A stretch of DNA of 64,000 bases, from positions 168,212 to 232,211 of the forward strand of contig JBAOHQ010000007.1 in the NCBI GenBank assembly GCA_037045185.1, given 5' to 3'. Of this stretch, positions 46,446-55,442 are shown one piece after another; position 1 is the first letter of the stretch; each line of letters opens with the position of its first letter. The DNA comes from Ilumatobacteraceae bacterium. Its GTDB lineage: Bacteria; Actinomycetota; Acidimicrobiia; Acidimicrobiales; Ilumatobacteraceae. The translations under genes and the position numbers were made by a program. The notes beneath the pieces are model-generated. The model was given only the letters and a program-made list of their open reading frames with translations, searched no databases and had not been told where the DNA came from.

Positions 46446-47285
46446 GTGATCGGACTCACGTTCTACGGCGTTCGTGGCTCGACACCGTGCCACGGCGAGC
46501 ACACGGCGCGCTATGGCGGCAACACGTCGTGCATCCACGTCGACATTCCCGGAGAACCGCCCCTGCTGTTCGACCTCGGCACGGGCCTGCGATACTTCGG
46601 GCTGCGCCAACCCAATGACGGCTCGTTCCGCGGCAACTGCCTGCTGACCCACCTCCACTGGGACCACACACAGGGGCTGCCGTTCTTCACCCCGCTGCTC
46701 CGCCTCGGCGCCGAACTCGACGTGTACGGGCCGGTGCAGGAGGACGGTCGCTCGGTCGAGGACGTGTTCAGCGAGACCGTCACCCCGCCCATGTTCCCCA
46801 TCCCGATCACCGCGCTGCCCGGCACCGTGCGCTTTCACGACACCGAGGACGCCGACTTCTTCCTCGGCCAGGTTCGCGTCCGCAGCCGGATCGTCCCCCA
46901 CGTCGGCCCCACCCTCGGCTACCGGATCTCGTGGCAGGGACGCACGATTGCCTACCTGCCCGATCACCAGCAGCCCTACGACGGATCGCTGGGCATCACC
47001 CCGGGAGCGTTGGAGCTGGCCTCCGGCGCGGACCTGTTGATCCACGACTCGCAGTACACACCCGAGGAGTTCGCCGTGAAGAACACCTGGGGGCACTGCA
47101 CGGTGGAGTTCGCCCTGGAGGTGGCCATCCGGGCCAAGGTGTCCAACCTGGTGCTCTTCCATCACGACCCCACCCGCCACGACGAGGCGATGGACGCCCA
47201 GCATCACGCAACCGTCCGTGAGGCGGCCCGCCACGGAATCACCGTGATCACGGCCTCAGAAGGCCTGCACCTGACGATTCCTTGA
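46446..47285 (+). CDS. MBL-fold metallo-hydrolase
   Basis: LLTHLHWDHTQGLPFF (HxHxDH) motif. 279 aa. Confidence 0.85.
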   Translation: MIGLTFYGVRGSTPCHGEHTARYGGNTSCIHVDIPGEPPLLFDLGTGLRYFGLRQPNDGSFRGNCLLTHLHWDHTQGLPFFTPLLRLGAELDVYGPVQEDGRSVEDVFSETVTPPMFPIPITALPGTVRFHDTEDADFFLGQVRVRSRIVPHVGPTLGYRISWQGRTIAYLPDHQQPYDGSLGITPGALELASGADLLIHDSQYTPEEFAVKNTWGHCTVEFALEVAIRAKVSNLVLFHHDPTRHDEAMDAQHHATVREAARHGITVITASEGLHLTIP

Positions 47286-47312
47286 AACCGGGCGGCGGTA
47301 CGCTCGGGCCTC

Positions 47313-47687
47313 GTGGTCGCCCGGATCGCCTCGTTTGTGCTCGGTGCCGTGTTCCTGCTGTCGGCCGCTACCAAGCTGGCTGACCTGCGTCGGTGGAACA
47401 CCCAGTCGGCCGCCCTGGGGGTTCCGGTGCACCTGGCGATGCCGGTGCCCTTCGTGGAGATCACGCTGGCGGCCCTGCTGGTCGCCCGGGTGGCGCCGCG
47501 GGTCGTGCCGTGGCTGGCCATCGTGGTGCTGGTCGGCTTCACCGCCTTCCTCGTCCGCAGGATCCGTCAGGGGCAGCGCCCACCGTGCGCCTGCTTCGGG
47601 GCGTTCAGCAGCAAGCCGATCGGCTGGGGTCACGTGGCGCGCAACGCGCTGTTCATCGCCGTCGGCGTGGTGGCCGCGCTGGCCTGA
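47313..47687 (+). CDS. MauE/DoxX-family membrane protein
   Basis: Four predicted transmembrane segments. N-terminus FVLGAVFLLSAATKLADL. CxC near the third transmembrane segment. Confidence 0.6.
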   Translation: MVARIASFVLGAVFLLSAATKLADLRRWNTQSAALGVPVHLAMPVPFVEITLAALLVARVAPRVVPWLAIVVLVGFTAFLVRRIRQGQRPPCACFGAFSSKPIGWGHVARNALFIAVGVVAALA

Positions 47688-47693
47688 GGACCG

Positions 47694-49709
47694 CTACGCC
47701 AGCGTGGTCAGCAGGAACGTGAGCACCCGGGCCTCGTCACGCCAGGCGTCGTAGCGCCCGCTCGGGCCGCCGTGCCCTGCCCCCATCTCGCAGCGGAACA
47801 GCAGCGGCGGGTGGTTCGTGCGGATGGCTCGCAGCTTGGCCACCCATTTGGCCGGCTCGTGGTAACCCACCCGCGGATCGTTGAGCCCGGCGGTCACGTA
47901 CATCGCCGGGTAGTCGTGGCCGGTGGTGTTGTCGTAGGGCGAGTAGCCGGCGATGTAGCTGGCGAAGGGCTCGTGGCGCGGGTCGCCCCATTCCTCCCAC
48001 TCCGTGACGGTCAGCGGCAGGCTCGGATCGCTCATCGTCGTCACCACGTCGACGAAGGGGACCTCGGCCACCGCCGCAGCCCACAGATCCGGCCGCATCG
48101 TGACGCAGGCGCCGACGAGCAGGCCGCCCGCCGACCCACCGCGCACCGCCAGCTTGCCGGGCCGCGCCGTGCCCCGCTGGACGAGGTGCTCGGTGGCGGC
48201 AAGGGTGTCGGTGAAGGTGTTGCGCTTGTTCAGCAGCTTGCCGTCGAGGTACCACTGGCGGCCCAGCTCCCCGCCACCGCGCGGGTGGACGATGGCGAAC
48301 ACCATGCCCCGATCCAGCAGTGACAGCCGGGCCACGCTGTACCACGGGGCCAGGCTGGACTCGTAGCTGCCGTACCCGTACAGCACGGTGGGCGCCGGCA
48401 GCGAGGTGCGTACGTGGCGGACGAGGTCCACCGGGACCCGGACCCCGTCAGAGGTCGTCGCCCACGTGCGCTCGGCCACGTACGCCGAGCGGTCGACCCC
48501 CGGGACCGGGGTCTGCTTCAGCAGCGTTCGTTCGTCGGTGCGCAGATCGTGTTCGTACACCGACGCCGGCGTGGTCATCGACTGGTAGCTGTAGCGCAGC
48601 ACGTGGGTGTCGTACTCGGGGTTCACGTCCACCTCGACGTCGTGCGGTTCTCCGCCGAGGTCGAGCACCCGGTCGGTCCCATCACGGCCGACGATCCGCA
48701 ACTGCGGTTGAGCGTGGCGCCACTCGTGGATGACGAGGTGATCGGCGAAGGGCTCGGCTGCGGCGATGCGCCGCCCGGGCTCACCGGGGACCAGCGGCGT
48801 CCACGCGCCCGGATCGTCGAGCGGAGCGCTCATCACGGCGAAGTCCGGTTCGTCGGCATTGGTCAACACGACGAAGCGATCGCCCCAATGGTCCACCGAG
48901 TACTCCACGCCGTCCTGGCGGGCGCGCACCAGCGTCGGTTGCGTCGTTGGCTCGCCGGCGTGGAGCACGTGGCACTCGCTGGAGGTCTTGCTGTGACTGT
49001 CGATCAGGATCCAGTCACCACTGCGGGACAGGTCAAGGCCGAGGAAGAACCGCTCGTCGGGTTCCTCCAGGACCAGCTCGTCGTCCGACTGCGGGGTGCC
49101 CAGGCGATGGCGCCACACGCGGTACGGGCGCTGCTGCTCGTCGTCGGTCACGTAGAACAGCCAGCGGTCGTCACTGGACCATGCCGTGCCGGCCCAGGTG
49201 GTGCCGCGCAACTCGTCGGCGAGGTCGGCGCCGGTGGTCAGGTCACGGACGCGCAACGTGTAGTGCTCACTGCCGTCGGTGTCGCTGCTCCAGGCCAGCA
49301 GGTCCTGGGCGTGGCTCGGGTCGAACGCGGCGACGGCGAAGTAGTCGTGGCCCGCGGCCTCGACGTTCTCGTCCAGCAGGACGGACTCGTCGGCGCTGTC
49401 CCGTGACCGGCCGCGGCAGTGGATCGCGTAGCTGGCCCCCTCCTCGGTCCTGGTGAGGTACCACCACCCGTCACGCCGGGCGGGTGGGGACTGGTCGGTC
49501 TCCTGGACGCGGGAGCGGATCTCCTCGAAGACCTCGGTCACCAGGTTGCCGTGGGTGTCGAGCCAGGCATCGGCGTAGCGGTTCTCGGCCTCCAGGTAGG
49601 CAATGGTGTCGGGGTCGTCGCGGTCACGGAGCCAGGCCCACGGGTCATCCACCTCGCCGTCCGGGCGATGCCAGACGTGGGGGACTTGCTTGACGGTTGG
49701 CTCGAGCAT
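47694..49709 (-). CDS. ptrB: Oligopeptidase B / S9A prolyl oligopeptidase family serine protease
   Basis: Start at MLEPTVKQVP. DPWAWLRDRDDPDTIAYLEAENRY N-terminus. Catalytic GGSAGGLLVG. C-terminal GHGG. Confidence 0.85.
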   Translation of the reverse strand: MLEPTVKQVPHVWHRPDGEVDDPWAWLRDRDDPDTIAYLEAENRYADAWLDTHGNLVTEVFEEIRSRVQETDQSPPARRDGWWYLTRTEEGASYAIHCRGRSRDSADESVLLDENVEAAGHDYFAVAAFDPSHAQDLLAWSSDTDGSEHYTLRVRDLTTGADLADELRGTTWAGTAWSSDDRWLFYVTDDEQQRPYRVWRHRLGTPQSDDELVLEEPDERFFLGLDLSRSGDWILIDSHSKTSSECHVLHAGEPTTQPTLVRARQDGVEYSVDHWGDRFVVLTNADEPDFAVMSAPLDDPGAWTPLVPGEPGRRIAAAEPFADHLVIHEWRHAQPQLRIVGRDGTDRVLDLGGEPHDVEVDVNPEYDTHVLRYSYQSMTTPASVYEHDLRTDERTLLKQTPVPGVDRSAYVAERTWATTSDGVRVPVDLVRHVRTSLPAPTVLYGYGSYESSLAPWYSVARLSLLDRGMVFAIVHPRGGGELGRQWYLDGKLLNKRNTFTDTLAATEHLVQRGTARPGKLAVRGGSAGGLLVGACVTMRPDLWAAAVAEVPFVDVVTTMSDPSLPLTVTEWEEWGDPRHEPFASYIAGYSPYDNTTGHDYPAMYVTAGLNDPRVGYHEPAKWVAKLRAIRTNHPPLLFRCEMGAGHGGPSGRYDAWRDEARVLTFLLTTLA

Positions 49710-49741
49710 CGTGTCAGGGTACGACGGTAGGGTGCCCCCCG

Positions 49742-50011
49742 ATGCGCGTATGGATCGACCAGGACCTGTGCACCGGCGACGGGTTGTGCATCGACCATGC
49801 TCCCGACGTGTTCGTCCAACTGGAGGACGGGATCGCCTACGTCGCCCAGGACGGCGTGGCGCTGAACGACCCGGGCGGGTCACGGTCGCTGGCCACGGTG
49901 GCGGCGCGCAGGTACCAGGCGGTCGTCGATGCGGCGATGGCCTGCCCCGGCGAGTGCATCTTCATCGAGATGGACCTCCCTGCCGCCGTGCCCCGCTCAC
50001 CAGCAGCCTGA
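49742..50011 (+). CDS. Small ferredoxin (single Fe-S cluster type)
   Basis: MRVWIDQDLCTGDGLCIDHAPDVF ... ACPGECI pattern. Confidence 0.75.
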   Translation: MRVWIDQDLCTGDGLCIDHAPDVFVQLEDGIAYVAQDGVALNDPGGSRSLATVAARRYQAVVDAAMACPGECIFIEMDLPAAVPRSPAA

Positions 50012-50044
50012 GCCGTCCCTGTCGCGTTGGCGCAGCGAATTGTT

Positions 50045-50064
50045 ACTATGGCGGTAGTGGAAAT
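50045..50064 (+). promoter_or_regulatory. suf-associated 20-nt motif, copy upstream of sufB
   Basis: ACTATGGCGGTAGTGGAAAT, 13 nt upstream of the sufB GTG. Related to reverse-complement copies at 55410-55429 and 62266-62285. Confidence 0.45.
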
Positions 50065-50076
50065 TCGGGAGGCTGC

Positions 50077-52353
50077 GTGAGCTTTGATCTGGACCTCAGC
50101 AAGTACAACCTCGGCTGGAGCGACACCGATGTCGAGTACGCGTTCGCGCCGGCCAAGGGCCTGAACAACGGCGTCGTCGACCAGATCAGCTGGTGGAAGG
50201 GCGAGCCGGCGTGGATGAGCAAGTTCCGCCAGCGGTCGCTGCAGCTGTTCGAGCGCAAGCCGATGGCGCCGTGGTTCGCCGTGAACATGCCCGACATCGA
50301 CTTCCAGGACATCTACTACTACCTGAAGCCGGCCACCGAGCAGGTCGACGAGTGGGACGATCTGCCCGAGCAGATGAAGGCCACCTACGAAAAGCTCGGC
50401 ATCCCCGAGGCGGAGCGCAAGTACCTGGCCGGCGTCACCGCGCAGTACGAGTCCGAGGTGGTCTTCCACCGCAACCGTGAGGACCTCGAGCAGCAGGGGA
50501 TCCTGTTCTGCGACATGGACACCGCCCTGCGTGAGTACCCCGACGTCGTCAAGCAGTACTTCGGCACCGTCATCCCGCCGGGCGACAACAAGTTCGCCGC
50601 GCTGAACTCGGCGGTGTGGTCCGGTGGCTCGTTCATCTACGTGCCGCCGGGTGTGGAGTGCGAGATGCCCCTGCAGGCCTACTTCCGGATCAACTCGGAG
50701 AACGCCGGGCAGTTCGAGCGAACCCTGATCATCGCCGACGAGGGCGCCAAGGTGCACTACATCGAGGGCTGCTCGGCCCCGGTGTACACCAACGACTCAC
50801 TCCACTCGGCCGTGGTCGAGATCGTCGTCAAGCCTCACGCCCGGGTCACCTACACCACCATCCAGAACTGGTCGCCGAACGTGTACAACCTGGTCACCAA
50901 ACGGGCCAGGGTGGAAGAGGCCGGCCACATGGAATGGATCGACGGCAACATCGGCTGCCTGGCCGAGGGCGCCACGGTCACCACACCCAGCGGGGTGAAG
51001 CCCATCGAGCTGGTGCTCCCGGGCGACGAGGTCCTCTCCTTCGACGAGGGGTCGGGCGAGCTGGTGTTCCGACGGGTCACCGCCAAGCGGTTCTCCGGCG
51101 TCCAGCCGGTGCGCACCGTCACGGTGGGCTGGCGGTCGTTGACCGTGACCGACAACCATCCCTTCCTGTCCTACGTCGACGACGCCCAGGCGCAGGCGGC
51201 CCGCCGCCTCGGCTACGTGCGCGCCGATCACCTCGAGGTGGCGCTGGTGCCGCGCACCAGCATCGACTACGGCCACCCGTTCAAGTTGGAGTACCCGCTC
51301 GACACCACCGAGGTCACCACCGACGATCTGATGCGGCTGTTCGGGCGGTACCTCGGTGACGGCTCGCCGGAGGACGATCGAGTCATCGGGCTGCACCTCG
51401 GCGCGCTGACCACGCGCATCCCCGACTGGGTCTACGACACCCCCGAGTCGCAGCGGCTGGAGTTCGTCGCCGGGCTGCTCGACCGTGCCGGGACCGCGTT
51501 GACCGGCTGCCCTGGGCTGTCGTTCACGTCGGCGAGCACCGAACTGGTCGCCGATCTCGCTCGCCTGCTGGACACCCTGGGAGTGCTCGGCCAGCGTGCC
51601 GACGCGCAGCGCATCGAGTTCCCGGCCGATCCGCGCCTGGTCGCCCGCCTGTCCCCGGCGCTGCAGGGCCGCGTCGCCGAGCCGCCGCCCGGGCGCTCCA
51701 GCCAGACGCGCCCCGACACGCTCGAGGCCCGGCCGGTCAGCGTCAGCGATCACATCGGCCACCGGCGCACGTGGGACATCGAGGTCGAGGGGACGGCGAA
51801 CTTCGTGTCCCAGGGCTTCGTCGTGCACAACTCCAAGCTGACGATGAAGTACCCGTCGGTCTATCTGGTTGGCCCCAAGGCAACCGGCGAGGTGCTGTCG
51901 GTGGCCTACGCCGGGCCCGGGCAGCACCAAGACGCCGGGGCCAAGATGGTGCACGCCGCGCCGGAGACCACCTCGAAGATCGTGTCCAAGTCGATCAGCA
52001 AGGACGGCGGGATCACCACCTACCGCGGCCTCGTCCGCGTCGACGAGGGCGCGACGGGGTGCAAGAGCCACGTCCAGTGCGATGCGCTGATCCTCGACGA
52101 GCACAGCGAGAGCCGCACCCTGCCGTACATGGAGGTGGGTGAGCGCGACGCCCAGATCGGCCACGAGGCCACCGTGTCCAAGATCGCCGACGAGCAGCTC
52201 TTCTACCTGATGAGCCGCGGCCTGTCCCAGGAGCAGGCCATGGGCATGGTGGTCAACGGGTTCATCGAGCCGATCACCCGCACGCTGCCGATGGAGTACG
52301 CGGTGGAGTGGAGCCGGCTGATCGAGCTGCAGATGGAAGGCTCAGTCGGCTGA
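50077..52353 (+). CDS. sufB: Fe-S cluster assembly protein SufB, interrupted by an intein
   Basis: GTG start after GGGAGG. SufB blocks throughout, for example FAALNSAVWSGGSFIYVPPGV and KISKDGGITTYRGLV. The extein sequence is continuous when 50956-51831 is removed (GNIG|SKLTMKYPS). Confidence 0.9.
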   Translation: MSFDLDLSKYNLGWSDTDVEYAFAPAKGLNNGVVDQISWWKGEPAWMSKFRQRSLQLFERKPMAPWFAVNMPDIDFQDIYYYLKPATEQVDEWDDLPEQMKATYEKLGIPEAERKYLAGVTAQYESEVVFHRNREDLEQQGILFCDMDTALREYPDVVKQYFGTVIPPGDNKFAALNSAVWSGGSFIYVPPGVECEMPLQAYFRINSENAGQFERTLIIADEGAKVHYIEGCSAPVYTNDSLHSAVVEIVVKPHARVTYTTIQNWSPNVYNLVTKRARVEEAGHMEWIDGNIGCLAEGATVTTPSGVKPIELVLPGDEVLSFDEGSGELVFRRVTAKRFSGVQPVRTVTVGWRSLTVTDNHPFLSYVDDAQAQAARRLGYVRADHLEVALVPRTSIDYGHPFKLEYPLDTTEVTTDDLMRLFGRYLGDGSPEDDRVIGLHLGALTTRIPDWVYDTPESQRLEFVAGLLDRAGTALTGCPGLSFTSASTELVADLARLLDTLGVLGQRADAQRIEFPADPRLVARLSPALQGRVAEPPPGRSSQTRPDTLEARPVSVSDHIGHRRTWDIEVEGTANFVSQGFVVHNSKLTMKYPSVYLVGPKATGEVLSVAYAGPGQHQDAGAKMVHAAPETTSKIVSKSISKDGGITTYRGLVRVDEGATGCKSHVQCDALILDEHSESRTLPYMEVGERDAQIGHEATVSKIADEQLFYLMSRGLSQEQAMGMVVNGFIEPITRTLPMEYAVEWSRLIELQMEGSVG
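50956..51831 (+). mobile_element. SufB intein (292 aa) with a LAGLIDADG-type endonuclease remnant
   Basis: Begins CLAEGATV (Cys1). Block B TVTDNHPF. LAGLIDADG-like LFGRYLGDGS and FVAGLLDRAGT. Ends FVVHN, followed by Ser+1. Confidence 0.85.
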
Positions 52354-52355
52354 CG

Positions 52356-53039
52356 GTGGGCTCGGCACCGCTGTCCCGAACGGCGGCCCAGGGTGGTGCT
52401 CCCGGCTGGCGGTATCTGGTCGGTCGCCTGCACCTGTCCGTGCGCTTCGCCGGGTTTGCCGAGGCGCTGGCCTTCGTCGCCCGTGTCGGCGCGCTGGCCG
52501 ACGAGCACGATCACCACCCCGAGATCGACGTCCGCTTCAGCAGGGTCCACCTGGCCATGTCGAGCCACGATGTCGGTGGGATCACGAGCCGGGATCTGCG
52601 CCTGGCCGAGGCCGTGAGCGCAGTGGTCGACGAGACCGGCGGGGTGGTCGACCACGGGCGGTTGACCGCGGCGGAGATCGCCATCGACACCCTCGACTTC
52701 CGTCGGATCAAGCCGTTCTGGAGGGCCATCCTCGGCTACGTCGACGACGGCGAGGAGGCGATCCGTGACCCCGACCTGATCGGGCCCGCCGTGTGGTTCC
52801 AGCAGCTCGATCGGCCGAACCCGATCCGCAACCGCCTGCACCTCGACGTGATCGTCGCCCACGACGAGGCCGCACACCGGATCGACGCTGCGTTGGCCGC
52901 CGGCGGCAGGCTGGTCTCCGACGCCAGTGCGCCGCGGTTCTGGATCCTGGCCGACGCCGACGGCAACGAGGCGTGCGTGTGCACCTGGCTGGGCCGCGAC
53001 GAGCTCGACGCCGCACGGGCCAGCGAGCCCACGACCTAG
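52356..53039 (+). CDS. Pterin-4a-carbinolamine dehydratase domain fused to a VOC/glyoxalase-like domain
   Basis: ADEHDHHPEIDVRFSRVHL (PCD signature), then FWRAILGY...WFQQLDRPNPIRNRLHLDV (glyoxalase-like). GTG start 2 nt after the sufB stop. Confidence 0.65.
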   Translation: MGSAPLSRTAAQGGAPGWRYLVGRLHLSVRFAGFAEALAFVARVGALADEHDHHPEIDVRFSRVHLAMSSHDVGGITSRDLRLAEAVSAVVDETGGVVDHGRLTAAEIAIDTLDFRRIKPFWRAILGYVDDGEEAIRDPDLIGPAVWFQQLDRPNPIRNRLHLDVIVAHDEAAHRIDAALAAGGRLVSDASAPRFWILADADGNEACVCTWLGRDELDAARASEPTT

Positions 53040-53048
53040 CCTGGCGCG

Positions 53049-54086
53049 GTGTCCGGGTCGGTGATCGTCGCTGATGACCGCACCGGTGCGCTGGAGACCG
53101 CCGGGGCCCTCGCCCAGCGTGACGGGTCGATCGTGCCCGTCCGGTTCCGGACGCTTCCCGACCCTGTCGACGCCCAGGTGGTCGTGGATCTGGGCAGTCG
53201 CCACCTGCCGCCGACCTCGGCCGCCGAGGCCGTCGCCGGGCTCGGCCTGGGACGCCACGCCGGGTGGGTGGGGCACAAGGTGGACTCGCTGTTGCGGGGC
53301 AACGTCGCCGCGGAGATCTCGGGCTTGCGCGCCTCGACCGGGCGACGCGTGCTGCTGGTCCCGGCATCGCCCGGATTGGGTCGTACCTGCGTCGGTGGTG
53401 TTGTCCGCGCCGATGGCATCCCCGTCGCCGACCTGGCCGACGCTCGCTCGCCGGCAACCACCAGCCGCCCGTCCGAGTTGCTCGGCGCCGCCGAGGTCGA
53501 CGCGCCGCGGTTGAGCAGGTGGCTCGGCGGCAGCGATCCGGTTGCCGTCTGTGACGCCGAGACCGAGGACGACCTGATCGGGATCGCCGCGGTGATGGCC
53601 GGCCACCCCCACGTGATCATCGCCGGCCCCGCCGCCGTCATCGCCGCCACCTGCCCCCCGTGGTCACCGAACATCTCGCCCACCGAGAGATTCGGTGACC
53701 ACGTGATGGGTGGGAGGGTGGTCGTGGTGGTGGGGAGCGTGCATCCCAGCGCGCTGGCCCAGGCCGACGCGCTGGAGCGAGCCACGACCGCTCGGGTGTT
53801 CCGCACCGATCTGGGTGCCGGGTCCACCCCCGACGAGGTGCTGGCCGACCTGGCTGCCCGGGCGGCGACGGCCCTGGCCGAGGCCCGGACCATCGTGATC
53901 GTCGGTGGGGACACCGCGGCGGCGGTGCTGGGTGACGCAACGGTGGAGGTGTGTGGTCTCGTGGCGACGGGCATGCCCTGGTTCCGCGCCTCCCGGTTCC
54001 ACGGGGCGACGGTGATCACCAAACCAGGCAGCTTCGGCGGTCCGAACCTGCTGGTGGACGTCCTCTCGGGCAGGATTGGGCGATGA
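53049..54086 (+). CDS. Four-carbon acid sugar kinase family protein (DUF1537)
   Basis: N-terminus VIVADDRTGALETAGAL. ATGA overlap with the downstream pdxA-like gene, which is the usual partner. Confidence 0.7.
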   Translation: MSGSVIVADDRTGALETAGALAQRDGSIVPVRFRTLPDPVDAQVVVDLGSRHLPPTSAAEAVAGLGLGRHAGWVGHKVDSLLRGNVAAEISGLRASTGRRVLLVPASPGLGRTCVGGVVRADGIPVADLADARSPATTSRPSELLGAAEVDAPRLSRWLGGSDPVAVCDAETEDDLIGIAAVMAGHPHVIIAGPAAVIAATCPPWSPNISPTERFGDHVMGGRVVVVVGSVHPSALAQADALERATTARVFRTDLGAGSTPDEVLADLAARAATALAEARTIVIVGGDTAAAVLGDATVEVCGLVATGMPWFRASRFHGATVITKPGSFGGPNLLVDVLSGRIGR

Positions 54087-55024
54087 CGCCGATGGCCATC
54101 ACGATGGGCGATGCGGCCGGGGTGGGACCCGAGATCGTGCTGCGCTGCGCGGCCGCCGGTGAGTTGGGCGACGATGTGGTCATCTACGGCGACGAGGCCA
54201 TCCTGCGCCGCGGCGCGGATCACCTCGGAATCCAGCTGGACTGGGCCCGCCTGGCGGTTCACGACGCCGGCCTGTTGACCGCCGGTGACTTTGCCCCGGG
54301 CGTCTTGTCGGGGCGTGCCGGGGCCGCGGCACGTACCTACGTGGAGCGGGCGACACGTGATGCCCTGGCCGGCCGTGTGGCTGGGGTGGTGACCATGCCG
54401 ATGAACAAGGAGGCGACACAGCTGTCCGATCCGAGCTTCGTCGGCCACACCGAGTTCATCGCCGCGCTGTGCGGCGCCGAGCGGGTGACGATGATGCTGG
54501 TGGCCGGGGACCTCGCCGTCACCCACGTCAGCACGCACTGCTCGCTGCGTCAGGCCATCGAGCGGGTCACCACCGAGCGGGTGCTGGAGGTCATCCGCCT
54601 CACCGACCAGACGTTGCGGCGGTTCCTCGATCGGCCGCGAGTGGCCGTGTGCGGGCTCAACCCGCATGCGGGGGAGCACGGCCTGTTCGGCACGGAGGAC
54701 GCCGAGTTCATCGCGCCGGCCATTGCCGCGGCCCGTGCGGAGGGGATCGACGCCAGCGGACCCCACCCGGCCGACACCGTGTTCTTCCAGGCGGTGCACC
54801 GTCACCGCCATGACGCCATCGTGTGCATGTATCACGACCAGGGCCACGGGCCAACCAAGCTGCTGGCCTTCGACACCGGCGTGAATGTCAGCGTCGGCCT
54901 GCCGATCATCCGGACCTCGGTCGACCACGGGACGGCGTTCGACATCGCCTGGCAGGGGGTGGCCTTCACCGACTCGTTGCACCACGCCCTGTCGTACGCC
55001 TGGCGCCTCGCCGGGCGGAGGTGA
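54083..55024 (+). CDS. PdxA-family dehydrogenase (4-hydroxythreonine-4-phosphate / 4-phospho-threonate dehydrogenase-like)
   Basis: ITMGDAAGVGPEI, GHTEF, NPHAGEHG and HDQGH motifs. Confidence 0.85.
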   Translation: MTPMAITMGDAAGVGPEIVLRCAAAGELGDDVVIYGDEAILRRGADHLGIQLDWARLAVHDAGLLTAGDFAPGVLSGRAGAAARTYVERATRDALAGRVAGVVTMPMNKEATQLSDPSFVGHTEFIAALCGAERVTMMLVAGDLAVTHVSTHCSLRQAIERVTTERVLEVIRLTDQTLRRFLDRPRVAVCGLNPHAGEHGLFGTEDAEFIAPAIAAARAEGIDASGPHPADTVFFQAVHRHRHDAIVCMYHDQGHGPTKLLAFDTGVNVSVGLPIIRTSVDHGTAFDIAWQGVAFTDSLHHALSYAWRLAGRR

Positions 55025-55039
55025 TGGCACACTTGACCG

Positions 55040-55390
55040 ATGGCGATGCGTGAAGGGTGCCGTCACTACGAGAGCCGCACGTACGGCAACGGCGAGACGG
55101 TCCGCAAGTGCAACCTGGACCTGGCCCCTGACGCCCCGTGGCGCTGCCCGGAGCACTGCCCGCGCTTCGAGGTCCGCCTCGACGCCGGGTGGACCTACGG
55201 ATCCATGGTCAACCAGGCGGCGCCGCCCGAACCGCCCGGTCTCGACGATGGATCGGCGGCCGCCGTGTTGGACGAGGCCGAGGACATCATCAACGCCATC
55301 GGGGCGACGGTGCTGGCCGACGTGCACGCCGAGCAGAGGAACCAGCAATCCCGGCAGAAGGGCTGGCGCCGGCTGTTCCGACGGTCGTGA
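55040..55390 (+). CDS. Small Cys-rich hypothetical protein
   Basis: CRHY...KCNL...RCPEHCPRF four-Cys N-terminal module. Good codon bias. Confidence 0.55.
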   Translation: MAMREGCRHYESRTYGNGETVRKCNLDLAPDAPWRCPEHCPRFEVRLDAGWTYGSMVNQAAPPEPPGLDDGSAAAVLDEAEDIINAIGATVLADVHAEQRNQQSRQKGWRRLFRRS

Positions 55391-55409
55391 AGCGGCCGCG
55401 GACCAGGGC

Positions 55410-55429
55410 ATTTCTCCTATCCGCGTAGT
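55410..55429 (-). promoter_or_regulatory. suf-associated 20-nt motif, copy upstream of sufD (inverted orientation)
   Basis: Plus strand ATTTCTCCTATCCGCGTAGT, reverse complement ACTACGCGGATAGGAGAAAT. 19/20 identical to the copy at 62266-62285. Confidence 0.45.
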
Positions 55430-55442
55430 AGAATTCGGTACC

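Noticed and set aside
49603-50076. 158-aa N-terminal extension of the SufB ORF
   Set aside because: It overlaps the ferredoxin gene in another frame and the PtrB start region, and it is R/G-rich. A GTG at 50077 preceded by GGGAGG gives a canonical SufB N-terminus.
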